Shown here piece by piece: positions 63,079 through 64,000 of a stretch of 64,000 nucleotides of DNA. The translations under genes and the position numbers were made by a program. Position 1 is the stretch's first letter. Every line of letters begins with the position of its first letter. The DNA is from an uncultured Bradymonadales bacterium (GTDB lineage Bacteria; Myxococcota_A; Bradymonadia; Bradymonadales; Bradymonadaceae): assembly GCA_964394615.1 (NCBI GenBank), contig CAYMYJ010000012.1, forward strand, positions 68,223-132,222, written 5' to 3'. The notes under the pieces were generated by a model. It was given only the letters and a program-made list of their open reading frames with translations, was not told where the DNA came from and ran no database searches.

Positions 63079-64000
63079 ATTCGAAATGCCAAAACGGTCA
63101 CGCTCGCCTGTTTACATCGGTGGCGCGCTCGTTTTGCTGGTATTTTCAGCGGGTGTTGCCTGGTCCATGATGGGCGGTTCGAACCCAGCACAAGCGTTGT
63201 TTGGGCCGAAAACCTGGGTCGCTTCGCACGACTCTGCGCTAGCGAAGGTCGACCTTGTGAAGGTCCATGAGGACCTGATTCCCAGTTGGGGGATCGCCTC
63301 TGCAAACCGTGAATTCGAAGGTGCTGAAGAGGCAGAAAAAGCCGGATATGCGGCTATAAGTGCTGCGATTGAACCCGACCAAAACCTATCCGAAATTTTC
63401 GAGCAGATCCGGGAACTAACTACAGCTCCAGTTGAGAACGCCGACGAACTACTATCGTTGGTGGACGCTTGGTCGGCGTATCTGGATAAGCAAGGCGCGC
63501 CTTACCTTCTTCAGGGCAATGTAGCGACGACTTCGGCAGGATCGTTTCTGTATCTGAAATCCTACGAAGTGCAGCGCGATGTGTGGCTCAAGGTTGGGGT
63601 TGAACGGATTCGGGCGCGCGAAGTCAGTCGCATGGATCGTACCAATATAATGGAACAATATTTGGGGGCGACAGCCCCCGGACAGGCCGATGCTACCGTG
63701 GTTTTGGACCGTTTGAGTGAATTCGCGATCTCGACGGTTTGGCCCTTATTGGCGACCGAGGAATTGACGCCCTTGGGCCTGAAAGTCGTCGAAGAAATGC
63801 GTGCTAATCTTCCTGCGGAGCACCTCGCCATACTGACGGAATACGCACCTGAACGAGTGCAGATGCAACAGGCATTAGATTCGCTCGCCTCGCGGCGCGA
63901 ATGCGGTTCGACGTTCATGATTCGGTCCATTCCTTATTCGGGCCTCGAAGAACGAGACATCGAGGGCATCACGCGACTTGCGCGACAGGTCAGGAATCAT
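63065..64000 (+). CDS. 3'-partial hypothetical membrane-anchored protein running off the window end
   Basis: Hand translation from ATGATG at 63065 is stop-free for 312 codons to the window end (MMDDEFEMPKRSRSPVYIGGALVLLVFSAGVAWSMMG... with one TM helix). It overlaps the stop of the preceding gene by 14 nt. Absent from the ORF track because no stop falls in the window. Confidence 0.45.
   Translation, partial: MMDDEFEMPKRSRSPVYIGGALVLLVFSAGVAWSMMGGSNPAQALFGPKTWVASHDSALAKVDLVKVHEDLIPSWGIASANREFEGAEEAEKAGYAAISAAIEPDQNLSEIFEQIRELTTAPVENADELLSLVDAWSAYLDKQGAPYLLQGNVATTSAGSFLYLKSYEVQRDVWLKVGVERIRAREVSRMDRTNIMEQYLGATAPGQADATVVLDRLSEFAISTVWPLLATEELTPLGLKVVEEMRANLPAEHLAILTEYAPERVQMQQALDSLASRRECGSTFMIRSIPYSGLEERDIEGITRLARQVRNH

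Overview
This is a 64-kb window of high-GC (about 57-60%) bacterial chromosome. Two secreted proteins end in MYXO-CTERM-type sorting tags (GC motif, hydrophobic helix, Arg cluster), which points to Myxococcota or Bradymonadota. Both flanks are ordinary housekeeping: hpf, a Na/Pi cotransporter and a porin on the left; mutL, miaA, hisC and cmk on the right. The centre is accessory and contains four notable blocks:

- A ~15.6-kb co-directional operon (5653-21248): a 291-aa leader gene followed by three tandem giant paralogous genes of 1550-1645 aa. The paralogs have no recognisable enzymatic motifs, start/stop codons overlap (ATGA), and there are duplication scars.
- A marR-emrA-emrB-like efflux operon (26719-29893, minus strand).
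- A NfeD/YqiJ-like plus flotillin (YqiK-like) pair, followed directly by a 1682-aa protein whose only recognisable module is a C-terminal MoxR/AAA_5-class ATPase domain (30077-38150).
- A MoxR AAA+ ATPase, a ~1160-aa protein ending in a VWA domain, and a SWIM zinc-finger protein (39347-45770, minus strand).

The MoxR/VWA/SWIM operon plus nearby giant tandem paralogs mirrors the uncharacterised E. coli molR-yehI-yehLMPQ locus. This whole region is the best candidate for an undescribed multi-component system. No rRNA, tRNA, CRISPR array or obvious transposase was seen. Coordinates derived from the supplied ORF track are exact; hand-indexed elements (hairpins, repeats, partial ORFs) may be off by 1-2 nt.
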